Below are positions 1-10,637 of a DNA stretch of 64,000 nucleotides, piece by piece (position 1 is the stretch's first letter; every line of letters begins with the position of its first letter). The position numbers and the translations under genes were made by a program. This DNA is from Savitreella phatthalungensis. Lineage: Eukaryota. The stretch spans positions 62,001 to 126,000 of the forward strand of contig AP039702.1 in assembly GCA_051599415.1 (NCBI GenBank), given 5' to 3'. Under the pieces are notes generated by a model. It did no database searches, had not been told where the DNA came from, and worked only from the letters and a program-made list of their open reading frames with translations.

Positions 1-865
1 AGAGTCTCGGAACGAAGACCGGATTGCGATCACATAGTAGCCCACTGAAAGCGTTCGCACCAAGATCCGTGGCTGGGCAGGTGAAGTAGGGAGAATACAT
101 CAGGATCTGGTTCAACAACAAACCCCAAGCGATGGTGCAAATCCAAGCGCCTACGAAACCTTCGACGGTCTTCTTAGGTGACAGCTCGAGCAGCTTGTGC
201 CGGCCGAATGCTTTTCCACAGATGTATGCAAAGATATCGTTCGTGATCACAAGAGCAGCGGGTATGAAGAACCAATAGATACCCTCGAGCAAATTGTTGA
301 TAATGAAATGAGCTTGGCCGACTACCAGTATCAAGGTCATGTGTGTGAAGCTAAATTGACTGAACTGAAAGCGGTATTGTCCCTTTTGTAGGCTGCCGAC
401 GAACCAAATGAATCCGATCAGATAGAGGACAAAGCTGATGAAGCGGTGGTGTGTGGCAAGCGGCAGAAGCAGCACGTCGACGAGCACGATATGCTTGAAG
501 TAGTAAACCACCGTCTCACCGTATGCGAAATACAGAGTGGTTGCCAGGAAGTACCAATGGCTGGCTTTGAACCAGGGTATTTGATTCTCCATCGCCGGCA
601 CGCTAGCAATCGCGAGGATTTCGTTAAAAATTTGAACCTGTACAACGGTCAGAAAGAGTACGACCCAAAGATGTCCTGCAGCGAGAAGAGCAAAGAACCC
701 AAAGATCATGATAAATGTCCACATTGTCCGCAAAAACGCATTGCTTTTTGTCTTGCCTGACTGCGAAATGTCCGGCGCAATGCTGGGCCCCGTTGATGCC
801 GCTAGAGGCGCTGTCGCGGAGGTACCATTGACAGGCTCAGAAGTCTTGCGCTTACGCGCTGTCAT
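1..865 (-). CDS. CDS1: Phosphatidate cytidylyltransferase (CDP-DAG synthase), 3' end runs off the window
   Basis: Hand translation from ATG at 865 is open to base 1: MTARKRK...FLRTMWTFIMIFGFF...HHRFISFVLY...EGIYWFFIPAALVITNDIFAYICGKAFGRHKLLELSPKKTVEGFVGAW. SPKKT(V/W)EGF is the CDS family signature. Missing from the ORF track because it is truncated by the window edge. Confidence 0.93.
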   Translation of the reverse strand, partial: MTARKRKTSEPVNGTSATAPLAASTGPSIAPDISQSGKTKSNAFLRTMWTFIMIFGFFALLAAGHLWVVLFLTVVQVQIFNEILAIASVPAMENQIPWFKASHWYFLATTLYFAYGETVVYYFKHIVLVDVLLLPLATHHRFISFVLYLIGFIWFVGSLQKGQYRFQFSQFSFTHMTLILVVGQAHFIINNLLEGIYWFFIPAALVITNDIFAYICGKAFGRHKLLELSPKKTVEGFVGAWICTIAWGLLLNQILMYSPYFTCPATDLGANAFSGLLCDRNPVFVPRL

Positions 866-1020
866 GCTAAATTTGCCAGGCTATCGCTTGGATGATCGAA
901 GAGGTCGCGTGTAGCTTCAAAGAGCTCGGAAGGGACTGCGTTTGTGGACTGCTAGTGCAATGTGCTTGCGATGCGTCATCTACAGGCTAATTCTTAGGAA
1001 GCACGCGAAGAATATCTTGT

Positions 1021-1739
1021 GGGCCCTCCTAATTTGACAACACGGTTTTCCTTTTTGCACAACAAAAAGCGATCAGCAGATTTTAGATGCAGCCAAAACA
1101 CTGAACAGCTAATCGGCGTTCGTGACGGAGATGAACAGGTGCACAATTTAAGTCTATGTGGCAAAAATACTAGCTTGTTTGGCTGGATAGGATAACCAAA
1201 CATGGCTCAAATGGCAGGTCTTCTAGCTTTCTCAGATGCAAGATATTGCACTACCAATTTGGAATCCTGCGTTGCCTTTCTCCCCGCAAAGCAGCCTTTG
1301 TCAACAGGGGCTGGGCCATCGCAATCTGCCTGCCCCTTCTTATTAATATCCTGCTACCAAGTGAGCCATAGCATCTTCTGGGCTTGAAGCCTCTGCTCGC
1401 AGCTGTCTGAGACAGGATGGCATGCATTAGACTTCCTGTTAATTCCTGATGGCAAGCATTTGCCTCTCAGGCTGTGTAAAATCTCTCAGTAATGATGGGA
1501 TCGCTCCTTTTCTTATGGCTGCAGAAGTTCTCGGGAATGAGCTTAGCTCCCTCACAGTGTATCTACGAGTATCATGGCTTGCTAGCTGGCTGTCCATATG
1601 ATATGAAGATGTCAGCAACTGCAAAACTGCCAGATGGCCAGATGCTTGTGGCACCGTACACTTAAAATTACTCTTTATTTTTCGCTGTGCATTTTCGCTG
1701 TGCAAAAGGAAAATCCGTGGTGTCAAATCAGGAGGACCC
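1021..1739. mobile_element. Non-autonomous Mutator-like (MULE) DNA transposon relic
   Basis: ~50-bp imperfect TIRs: left GGGCCCTCCTAATTTGACAACACGGTTTTCCTTTTTGCACAACAAAAAGC; reverse complement of right GGGTCCTCCTGATTTGACACCACGGATTTTCCTTTTGCACAGCGAAAATGC. Flanks ATATCTTGT (1012-1020) and ATATTTTGC (1740-1748) form a 9-bp TSD with two C/T differences. Interior is CpG-poor with no intact transposase. Confidence 0.75.
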
Positions 1740-2784
1740 ATATTTTGCTTCTGAATACCTTGGGTATACATCAATGACAGAGTCTGTCCTACAAAGGCCG
1801 TCATCTGATTCCGGCTGATGAGTTGTACGAGGTGGCGATAGGACTAATTGATCGAGGCAGGTCAGATACCTTTGCTTGAGCAAAACTTTATGCTGAGCAT
1901 CGTTGAGGAGTACATTTGGCGCATGTCCTCATGTGCACGCCCGGGCTTGAGTAGCTGAGGGCGTCCCTATGCTGTGAATCCCTGACTCGCTAGACGCTTG
2001 GGCTGGTCGCCCATTTTTGGCTTGAACGATTGCTGTTGAGCACAGGCTGCTTAGCATGAGACTCTCGCCGCCTCCGTAAAACAATGAGTGGTTCTTAACA
2101 GTGTCGTATCACCGATGAATGCTTGAATAAGCACTCATTATCAGACGATATCATATGTATGCGCATTTAAGCGACTCATACATGCTACTGCAGTGCTTCA
2201 TTGTGACACGCAATGATTGCTGTCAGGGACATCTTCAACCTAGACTGTACATCCAGGAGATCCATGGATATGGTGGATCTGAGGCAACTGGAATCACGTG
2301 GGTAAACCACGCGTTGACACACATATATGACCATGCAACATTTGATCGCGCAAATGCTCTGGTGCCTTGGTGATAGATCGCATCGTGTTTTGGTTGTCAG
2401 GCATGAAACTCGCAACCTCTTCCACAGCCACAAAATACTGAATTTCAAATCGTGCTTATATATGCTTCCTAGATCTAGACATGTGTCCAGATCGATGTCC
2501 AGATCGAGGCATGTGCCTCACAAGCAGGAATCTTATCTGGCAGCAAATGAAAACAGGGATGTGACAAAATCATTCAGTCAGTCTGACTTTCCGCGTATTC
2601 CTAAATGGAACAGCCGGCCCTGCATCGTGGCTCACACATGTGAAGATTGTCCACAGGATGTGCGTGACATGCGCAACGTCAGGACTTGGTCTGCAATATA
2701 GTGATCCCAAAGCTGTTGCGTGAGCCACTCGCTTTTCGCCATCGCAGGCATCCTGATCATTGCAACTCGAGAGAAAAGGACCTA

Positions 2785-3225
2785 ATGAACTTCATAAAAT
2801 CTCTCTTGGGAGCAACACCAGTACAACATCGCGTTTATGCGCAGGTGCGTGTTCGGAGCGAGATGCAACAATATGTCGCCTACACCTCCGCAAAAAATGT
2901 ACCACTTGTGCTGAACTTCTCGACCAATTGGTGTGAGACATGTCTCGACGCTTCGCCGATCATTCGGAGATTGCTGGAAGAGCTTAATGGCCGTCTTGAT
3001 TATGCAGAGGTAAAAGCGGATGAGCCAGACCTGGCGGATGAGCTTGTGCGATGGGGCGTTACAGGCTTTCCTACACTCGTCGCCGTGCGCCGAGAATTCA
3101 TGGAGGATTCTATGATCATCAAGGCTCCCATCGATGTTGTTCAGATTCGCAAGTTCCTCCAGAACATTGCTGATCTCGGCGCACGCGACCGTGGAGAAAG
3201 CCCACGCACGTCCGAAATGCCTTGA
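2785..3225 (+). CDS. Thioredoxin-fold protein (WCETC motif)
   Basis: PLVLNFSTNWCETC...GVTGFPTLV thioredoxin pattern. First in-frame ATG is 2785 (MNFIKSLLG); the track start at 2686 is a TTG. Confidence 0.75.
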   Translation: MNFIKSLLGATPVQHRVYAQVRVRSEMQQYVAYTSAKNVPLVLNFSTNWCETCLDASPIIRRLLEELNGRLDYAEVKADEPDLADELVRWGVTGFPTLVAVRREFMEDSMIIKAPIDVVQIRKFLQNIADLGARDRGESPRTSEMP

Positions 3226-3254
3226 TCGTAGAACTATAAATTAGTGTACAAAAG

Positions 3255-4916
3255 TTACACAAGCTTCGCACGCTTGCGTGCCTCGGCTGCATCGTCATCG
3301 TTGAGTAAGCTCTGCAGACTCGTGCCACGAAGTCCCAACATAGGACGCTTGCCAATCTCTGGTTGGTCTGATCGCGGCGAAGGCAATGCCGGAAGGTCAT
3401 TACGGACGTTGCTTGTCGCTGATGTTCGAATGGACGTCTCGCCCAGCGGTGGACTAGGCATAGCGTGTGGCCAATGCATAGGCGGACGATGAGCGCCGCT
3501 TTCGTTGTGGCTTGAGCTCGATGACAGATGCTGCTGCAACGGCGCAAGTGGCGCGAGCAGTGGCGAGCGAATTCTTGAGCCGTCAATTTGTGGAGATCTA
3601 GCTGCATCTAATGCAGTCTGTGAGGCCGGGCTGTTCTTAGGAGCGCTCGCAGCTGCACTGGTGGTCTTGAGGACCGGCCCGACAGAAGCTGGATGCGACA
3701 GATGAGCAATTGTTCCAGAGTTGCCAGTAACCCGACCGTTTACCTGGCGGAAGTAATCCTGATCCCGTGTCTCTGCAGCGCTGTGTGAGTTGAAATAACT
3801 TGCTGGCGGACTGCCCAACGACTGACTAGACAGCGGGCTGTGCGGCAGCTGCCACATGGCACTTGGTACCGGACTTGCCACTGCCTGGCGATTTGGGAAT
3901 TGCATATGCTTGAGGTGGTGATTGAGTGTGTGGAGGTCATTTGAGATAGCCTGCGTGGCTGCGTTCGGAGAAACCACGGCGAGAATGTTTGCCATTCCGG
4001 ATAGAATGTTTTGATATGATCTGAGGACACCAAACATCGCAGCATTCTGGTCCATGAGCATGCGCTGAGCCTCTTCCCCGGCAGCCAGTCTCTGATTCAT
4101 CAGCTCGAGCCAATGATCAGATCGCTGGCTTGTGCCTGTTCCAAGGAGACCTGCTGGTGGCCCCGGATGAGAGGGTTGGTGTATGGAATGCCCGTTGTAT
4201 CCGTATGAGGGTGAATGCGTTGTCGCTTGACTCGTAATTGAGGCGCCGAAGATAGTCTGTTCTTTGATCCCGCTTGTGCTGAACGCATCACGGTGCGAGC
4301 TGTGTGACGGCTTTGATGCCTTGCGTTTGATGCCGTTCAGAAGGTCCAGACGACCTCTCTTGAAGCAAGTGTGCTTGAACTCCCAGGCAGAATTCTCTGA
4401 GGGACCAGGATTGCTGTTTGAATGAAACACGTCGTTGACTTTATGGAACTGATACATATTGAGCTGTCGCACGAACGACTGCCAATTGTTGTGCTTGAAG
4501 AAGTTTGACAGGCATTTTGAGAACTCATTCGGACTCGAGACGATGAAGGTATGCCCACTTTCCCCCCAGTACAGTGTTGGAATTGACGCATCCTCAACCA
4601 TCGAATAGAGCTTGCTCACGAACGCGGCTTGGTGCCTTTGCCCAAGCGCACCATTGTCGCAATTGCTAAGCCCTGCAAAGTTTTCTGAATCCTGCGCAGC
4701 AGGACTCGACACGATCGAGGCCTCGTCGCGCACAGGCGGCGATATCAACGGAGAGGTAGAACCTTGCATGTCAGTCGTTACCATCACGACTGGAGAGTTT
4801 CCTAAAGACCTCTGGCGAGCATAAAGGCTATGCGAGGCTTCTCCGGGCGATGTCGAAGCCGATGGCGCACTTTCCAGAGGGTCCTCCGTGTACTCAAATG
4901 TGGAACCTGGGGACAT
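3255..4916 (-). CDS. HSF-type DNA-binding transcription factor (Sfl1/Mga1-like, no receiver domain)
   Basis: 553-aa ORF with an HSF domain, AFVSKLYSMVED...FFKHNNWQSFVRQLNMYQFHKV...WEFKH..FKRGRLDLL..IKRK, then a coiled coil and a basic C-terminus (RKRAKL). Confidence 0.88.
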   Translation of the reverse strand: MSPGSTFEYTEDPLESAPSASTSPGEASHSLYARQRSLGNSPVVMVTTDMQGSTSPLISPPVRDEASIVSSPAAQDSENFAGLSNCDNGALGQRHQAAFVSKLYSMVEDASIPTLYWGESGHTFIVSSPNEFSKCLSNFFKHNNWQSFVRQLNMYQFHKVNDVFHSNSNPGPSENSAWEFKHTCFKRGRLDLLNGIKRKASKPSHSSHRDAFSTSGIKEQTIFGASITSQATTHSPSYGYNGHSIHQPSHPGPPAGLLGTGTSQRSDHWLELMNQRLAAGEEAQRMLMDQNAAMFGVLRSYQNILSGMANILAVVSPNAATQAISNDLHTLNHHLKHMQFPNRQAVASPVPSAMWQLPHSPLSSQSLGSPPASYFNSHSAAETRDQDYFRQVNGRVTGNSGTIAHLSHPASVGPVLKTTSAAASAPKNSPASQTALDAARSPQIDGSRIRSPLLAPLAPLQQHLSSSSSHNESGAHRPPMHWPHAMPSPPLGETSIRTSATSNVRNDLPALPSPRSDQPEIGKRPMLGLRGTSLQSLLNDDDAAEARKRAKLV

Positions 4917-6566
4917 GTATCAGACAAAACCCTGCAGCCTCGAGTGGGACTTGCCGCTCTGCGTAGCTATCCACCTCCACGCTGGTAAGGCGCTCCTTGG
5001 TACTATTCGGGCCGGGGAAAGCAAGATCTAAAGTGGCTCTGCTGAATCACTTCCGCGATCAAATTGGCCTGTTCGGGGTCGGTCTGGGCCCATGGATCGC
5101 AACATCTCATTTCCCTCCATATGCAGTCTTCGTGCCAAATAAGATTTGGTTTTTGCGCATGAACCGTTAGTTTGATACCAGTATGTACATTCGAATCTGC
5201 TTCGGCGACAAAAGCATCTGCTTCATAGACAACTTGAGACCAGTCGCAAATGAGTCCGCAAGCAAGAATTAGGCCGATGAGAATCTCGACCGCACGCACC
5301 AGAGGACAATCGAAAATCTGAAACGGCCAATGTAACAAGGCTCGGACAAATGTATCCCATCACACGGAGGCTATAATCTATCGACCGTCCGAAGAAAGAC
5401 ATGATGGTTGGCCAATTGGCAGAGTAAATCGCAAAGAGAGACAGAATCTCCTTTCAGGTCACTTTCTTCATCGGCTGAGAGCCACCGTGGGTCAACGCTC
5501 TCAGACTGACGATAGCAACAGCCAAGTGGAGGACTGTGACGGACGAGGAAATATTCGGTGAGCTTCGAGAAGATGAGTATAATTTTCGCAGAATCATCCT
5601 TGACGTGTTGAATCTAGCCTCGTTTTGCAGACAGTCCGATTTCGCCTTACCGGGTTTCCATCTCGCGTAAGCATTGGCACGTTAGCCAGAGCGGCTATAG
5701 TCCATGAGCACGGCATTTTTGTAGCTAAAGGCGCTTTCGAAACGGACCAGCTGAGAACCCGGAACATAGCTGACCTTTCGCAGCGCCCAGCAACAAACTC
5801 AATAGTGCAGTGGTAGACACACCAAATGTTATCGGGGTGACAGGACTGAAGAGCTGTGACATTCTTGCGTCAAAAGTATTTAGTCAGTGGCCTTCAGGAA
5901 ATAGCGCATATGATTTCACGCGATCCCACATGATCGCCTAGCCGGTCCTAAGCCTATCGCTGTTTGTTCCATCGTAGCAGCTCTCGCGCGCTAATTTCAC
6001 CCATGGCTGTTTGCTGGACTCTTGTCCATCGGCAATCTGCTACATTGAGCTTAAACCTGCAGTGTACGCACCTCTTGGTACTGTTCAAGCGCTCAAAAGA
6101 TCTTGTCAACCACATTCACGGGCACATGATCACGATACAGACGGTAGAGACCAGGTAAATGCTGCTGACGCGGACTGCGTTACTGTACCATTGGTCACTT
6201 CTGCGTTGCCCTTCTAGTAAAGTTTTGTTTGAAATACATCTTGCTTGTAGCTCATCCACACGGATAATCGTGGGTGTCAAGATCTAAATTATGTGCATTT
6301 CATGGTTTCGAAGCCGTGTTCGTATACGAGATTGGCGTGCCATGTGTTGGACACGTGAAAATATCGATGGAACATTTCGGCAGAAATTTTGTTCCGTTCG
6401 AGCCTCAGTGCTGGCCAATCTAGTGCCCCGCCTCGGCATAGCACACAATCCGTGGCCCACCGCTGAGACGTCGACGCAACTCTTGCGGTTGAACAGCTAT
6501 CATCTCACGGCCCCTATTACAAGAGCAACACAATCATCTCGTCTGAAAGACTAGCTCGACCTGGCA

Positions 6567-7640
6567 ATGTTCCGTCACACCTTTACCAAGTCGTTCCCTG
6601 CAGGACGGGCTTTCTCTACCACCCGTAGCAATGCTAGCAAAGTATGTGTCCGCTAGGAACGTCTCAAATCGCAGTATCAGAGCTGACTTTTACAGGTAGC
6701 TGTCCTTGGCGCCGGCGGTGGCATCGGTCAACCCCTTTCGCTTTTGTTGAAGACAAATCCACTCGTGACAGACTTGAGCCTCTACGACATCCGCGGAGCT
6801 CCGGGCGTGGCTGCTGATGTTGGTCACGTCAACACGGCGTCAAATGTCGCTGGGTACGGCGCCGAGAATGACGGCCTGAAACATGCTCTCACCGGAGCTC
6901 AGATTGTCGTTATCCCGGCCGGCGTGCCAAGGAAACCAGGTATGACGCGCGATGATCTGTTCAACACCAACGCATCAATTGTCCGCGATCTTGCCAAGGC
7001 TTGTGCTGAACACTGTCCTGAAGCGCATTTACTCATTATCGCAAATCCGGTCAATTCAACCGTACCCATCGTGAAGGAGGTATACAAAAAGGCTGGCGTC
7101 TATAATCCTAAGCGCCTATTCGGAGTCACGACCTTGGACGTTGTGCGCGCATCCAAGTTCATCGGCGATATCAAGGGAACTGCTCCTGAGTCAACAGTTG
7201 TACCAGTGCTTGGCGGCCATTCCGGTGTGACAATCGTCCCGATCTTGTCTCAGGCTGGCTGCAACATCACGGGTGAGCAGCGCGACGCCGTCGTCAAGCG
7301 CATTCAATTCGGCGGCGACGAAGTTGTGAAGGCGAAAGATGGCTCTGGTTCGGCCACTCTGTCCATGGCATTTGCTGGTGCGCGTTTCACTAATTCGTTG
7401 CTCCGCGCCGCGAAGGGCGAATCTGGCGTGGTCGAGTGTACTTTCGTAGAATCTCCTTTGTTTGCTGACAAAGGCTGCGACTTCTTCGCCTCGAACGTCA
7501 CACTCGGCAAGGATGGCGTTCAGGAAATTCACGCGGTCGGGACTGTCAACGAATATGAACAGAAGCTCATCGAGGCCTGTGTAGCTGATCTCGCCAAGAA
7601 CATCGCTAAAGGTGTACAATTCGTCGCTCAGTCACCGTAA
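6567..7640 (+). CDS. MDH1: Mitochondrial malate dehydrogenase; exons 6567-6641 and 6696-7640
   Basis: Presequence-like [25 protein letters not shown]. Intron 6642-6695 (GTATGT...GCTGAC...CAG) restores [20 protein letters not shown]. Motifs [22 protein letters not shown] and GSATLSMA follow. Confidence 0.96.
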
Positions 7641-7719
7641 CTAGGTCGTAGATCATGGTCATAATTGATTGAATAGCGCTTGTTCGGATCATTGAAGCCA
7701 AGTCTACTGTAGTCGTTCA

Positions 7720-10637
7720 TCATAAGCTTGACAGCCAAATGTTTTGTTCTTCCTTTCGCGGAATCCAGTAGAAGCCGAGCAGCACAACCACATAGCTCAT
7801 ACACAAAATGCTTCCTTTGAAGTAGTTGCTTTTCCCCTCTGCGTATACATGAGCGAGCAGAAAGACGCACAGCACGACTGTGACCAAATCCCAGCGCGGG
7901 AAGATGAGGCTGAATGTGAAGCTGGGGTCGTCCACGAGTCCCCAGTTCTTGAACGCCGAATACGCGACGAGCGCGGGAATCTGAAGCAGAAGCACCTGCA
8001 ACGCGTAAGCAGAGCCAATCTCCATTGACAATTCGATGTTGCCATTCATCGCAAACGATATGGCGTTCATGAACTCCGTCGTATTCGGGACGAGCGCGAA
8101 CAACGTGAAGCCCAGGAACTTCTCCTCAATGTCGATGTTTTCCAAGACCACATCCACAGTGTCAACGAGTATCTCGGCGATGACTGCATATAAGACGGTG
8201 GCCATCAAAAGGATTACCACACTCTTTGTCCTCGACCAGTTCGGCGCGTCGTGACCTCCATGACCCGGCACAGCCTGCGGCACGCCTGTTGCCACGAGGG
8301 AATCTTGTCGTTCTTCACCACGACTACTAGGCAACGGTCGAAGCGTGTCTGATGTAGGCCGCGCGCCACTTGATGTCTCAATCGCAGCACTAGTCGATCG
8401 ATGCGAATCAGTCTCGTGGAATCGTCCTGACTGTGCACCCGAGGAAAGGTCACCATGTCGAGCAGCGGTTTCGACGCCAGTCTTGTCTTCGTGCAGGGGG
8501 GTTTGCCAAATCAGTGCAGCGTGCGTCCTGAGAGTGAACCATAAGCCTATCAGGTACGACAGAGCAAGCAAGACCGCGCAGATGTATGTGAAGGGTTTGA
8601 CACTTGCTTGGTAGAACGGGTCTCGAATTGCTGTGTTTTGATCGAAGTAGCACCTCTTACAGCTCCCAGAGGCATTGCAGCCTCTACACTTGATCTCGTA
8701 CTATTGAGTCAGTCTTGATCTGAAATTGCTCACGATATACCACTCACACTTCCATAAATCTGATAGAAAAGGGTCGGACCGAACGCGCCTAGTACGGCGA
8801 AGAGCATCATGGTAGATGTGATGCCAGCTGCCTTCGCATTGAACCGAAGAGTCTTTCGAATGACTGCGCCTGAGATCATTGACAGGCCTGGCATTAAGAG
8901 AATGCCTGCAAGTATACTGCCGACGACACTGCCTTCGACCAGGAGCGATTTACCCTGGCTGAGAGCCACGCAGTATAAAAAGATCTCAACAACAGAGCCA
9001 AAGAATGCGTTGATGGCTGCGCCCATTCCGATTGATGATTGAGCCGAGATGCTGGCCACGGCTTGACCAATGAAGTAAGCTAACGGGATAATGGACAGCA
9101 GCGACAGGATGAAGATCAGAGCAGGACTTGTGTACCAGCGCTGTTTACCAACAAGGGAACTCAGCACATACTCATCCGCAATAACGAAGAAGACGACTGA
9201 GAGCAAATTGATGAAGAAGATGTTCGTACCATCGACTGTGTACTTGTAGTAGCGTAGGCCCATGGCCCTGTAGGTGCATAGCAGCACTTTCCTCTGTCGT
9301 TCTCCGCTGGCTAGGCTGGACTCCACGCTCCAGTGAAAAGTCAGAGACAGTGGGTGTGAGCGCAGGTGGTGAACAAGCAGGAAGCATAGCTTTGCCATCG
9401 GAACAGGAAAAACGAACAACCAGCAGATTCCGGACACAAGAAGCATGGCAGGCGCTAGCAAGGTGTAGAACATCAGGAAGAAAAGCAGCCGCCCGAAGCT
9501 CCAACGCCCGCGTCCGAAGGCGCGTCGCTTGGGATTGATCGTGCTTGCATTTGCGCGACCTCCGACAAATCCAGGCAAAAGTGGCTGTGACTCTCCCGTC
9601 CTTGCACGTAAGCGGGAATTGAGGTGCCTCTCAATATCTTCGAATTGGTGGACGCTGCGGCCGATCAATGCATCCTCCTCAGCGTACTGCTCGTCTGCCT
9701 CGAGCTCGATATATTGTCCAAATGGATAGAGCAGATAGCGAGCTAGTCCGAGCAGAACAGAGGCATAAGCGCGCCCAGCGCTAGACGGCGACGCGAGTAA
9801 AATGACGACTGCGAGGCAGCATGCTAACAGACACAACCACCATCCGAAGACGGAGGCCCAAAGAATATTGCCGGCACTGATTCGGGCCAGGTTGCGCTTT
9901 CCAGGAGTCGAGTGAATCTCGCCGTCGGCTGCCTTCTGTACCGATCTATCCTTTTTGTAAAGCGCAGGTTTCCATATGCGGATACCGAAAGGATGAGACT
10001 TGTTGATGGCGTCTTGACGCTCTTTCAGTGTGAAAGACTCATCACTCGCAGTGCTCGCGCAATCGTCAAGTTCTTGAGGCAGAACTTGCACGTCTTCTTC
10101 GTCCGGGATTGAATCGCCATTCTCAGACGATGGAACATCGGAAAAGAAGGTGCCTTCGCCATGCGATTGAGCCTGCGGCCGAGTCGTTGCTGGTGATGAT
10201 GGCTCCTGGTACGGAAGCTGCATACGCTGACTTTCATGCTGTCGAGATCCACTCAATTCTTAGACTCCGCGCTGACTTGACTGCTCGTTGACCTGATTCT
10301 CGAGAGATACCGAGGCGCCAGTGCCGTTGGAGTGCTTCCCGAAATGACGCGAGCGCGAACGTCGCAATTCTAAAAGTGCGCGCGACAGAATTGCGTGTGC
10401 ATCAGCTTGCACGTCACCAGCACTGTCTTCTGCACTGAAAATGCGCTGACTCATGGAAGATTTGGTTTTGCGCATCGCAGGCTTTCGCATACGTATTGTC
10501 GCTAGTGATGTTGCTTGGTCGTCTCGAATGATATCGGCGTCTCCGAAGTCGGTCGCATTCGCTCCGAGAGACGGATTACTCTGAGCAGCCTGTGCACGTA
10601 GCGTCTGAGCCATCACATCGTTTTTGGCGTCACCCAT
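7720..10637 (-). CDS. VNX1: Vnx1/Cax-type vacuolar cation/H+ antiporter (YccF-like segment plus two Na/Ca-exchanger repeats); intron 8701-8747; in-frame TAA at 10260-10262
   Basis: TLKERQDAINKSHPFGIRIWKPALYKK, GQAVASISAQSSIGMGAAINAFFGS and FALVPNTTEFMNAISFAMNGNIELSMEIGSAYALQV are family motifs. A 47-nt intron (GTGAGT...ACTGAC...TAG) joins ORF 8730-10256 to ORF 7720-8571 in frame. The 5' end is uncertain (ATG 10637 or 10223). Confidence 0.88.

Noticed and set aside
2468..2516. Short palindromic/tandem motifs (CTAGATCTAG, TGTCCAGATCGA x2)
   Set aside because: Two-copy micro-duplication with no further structure.
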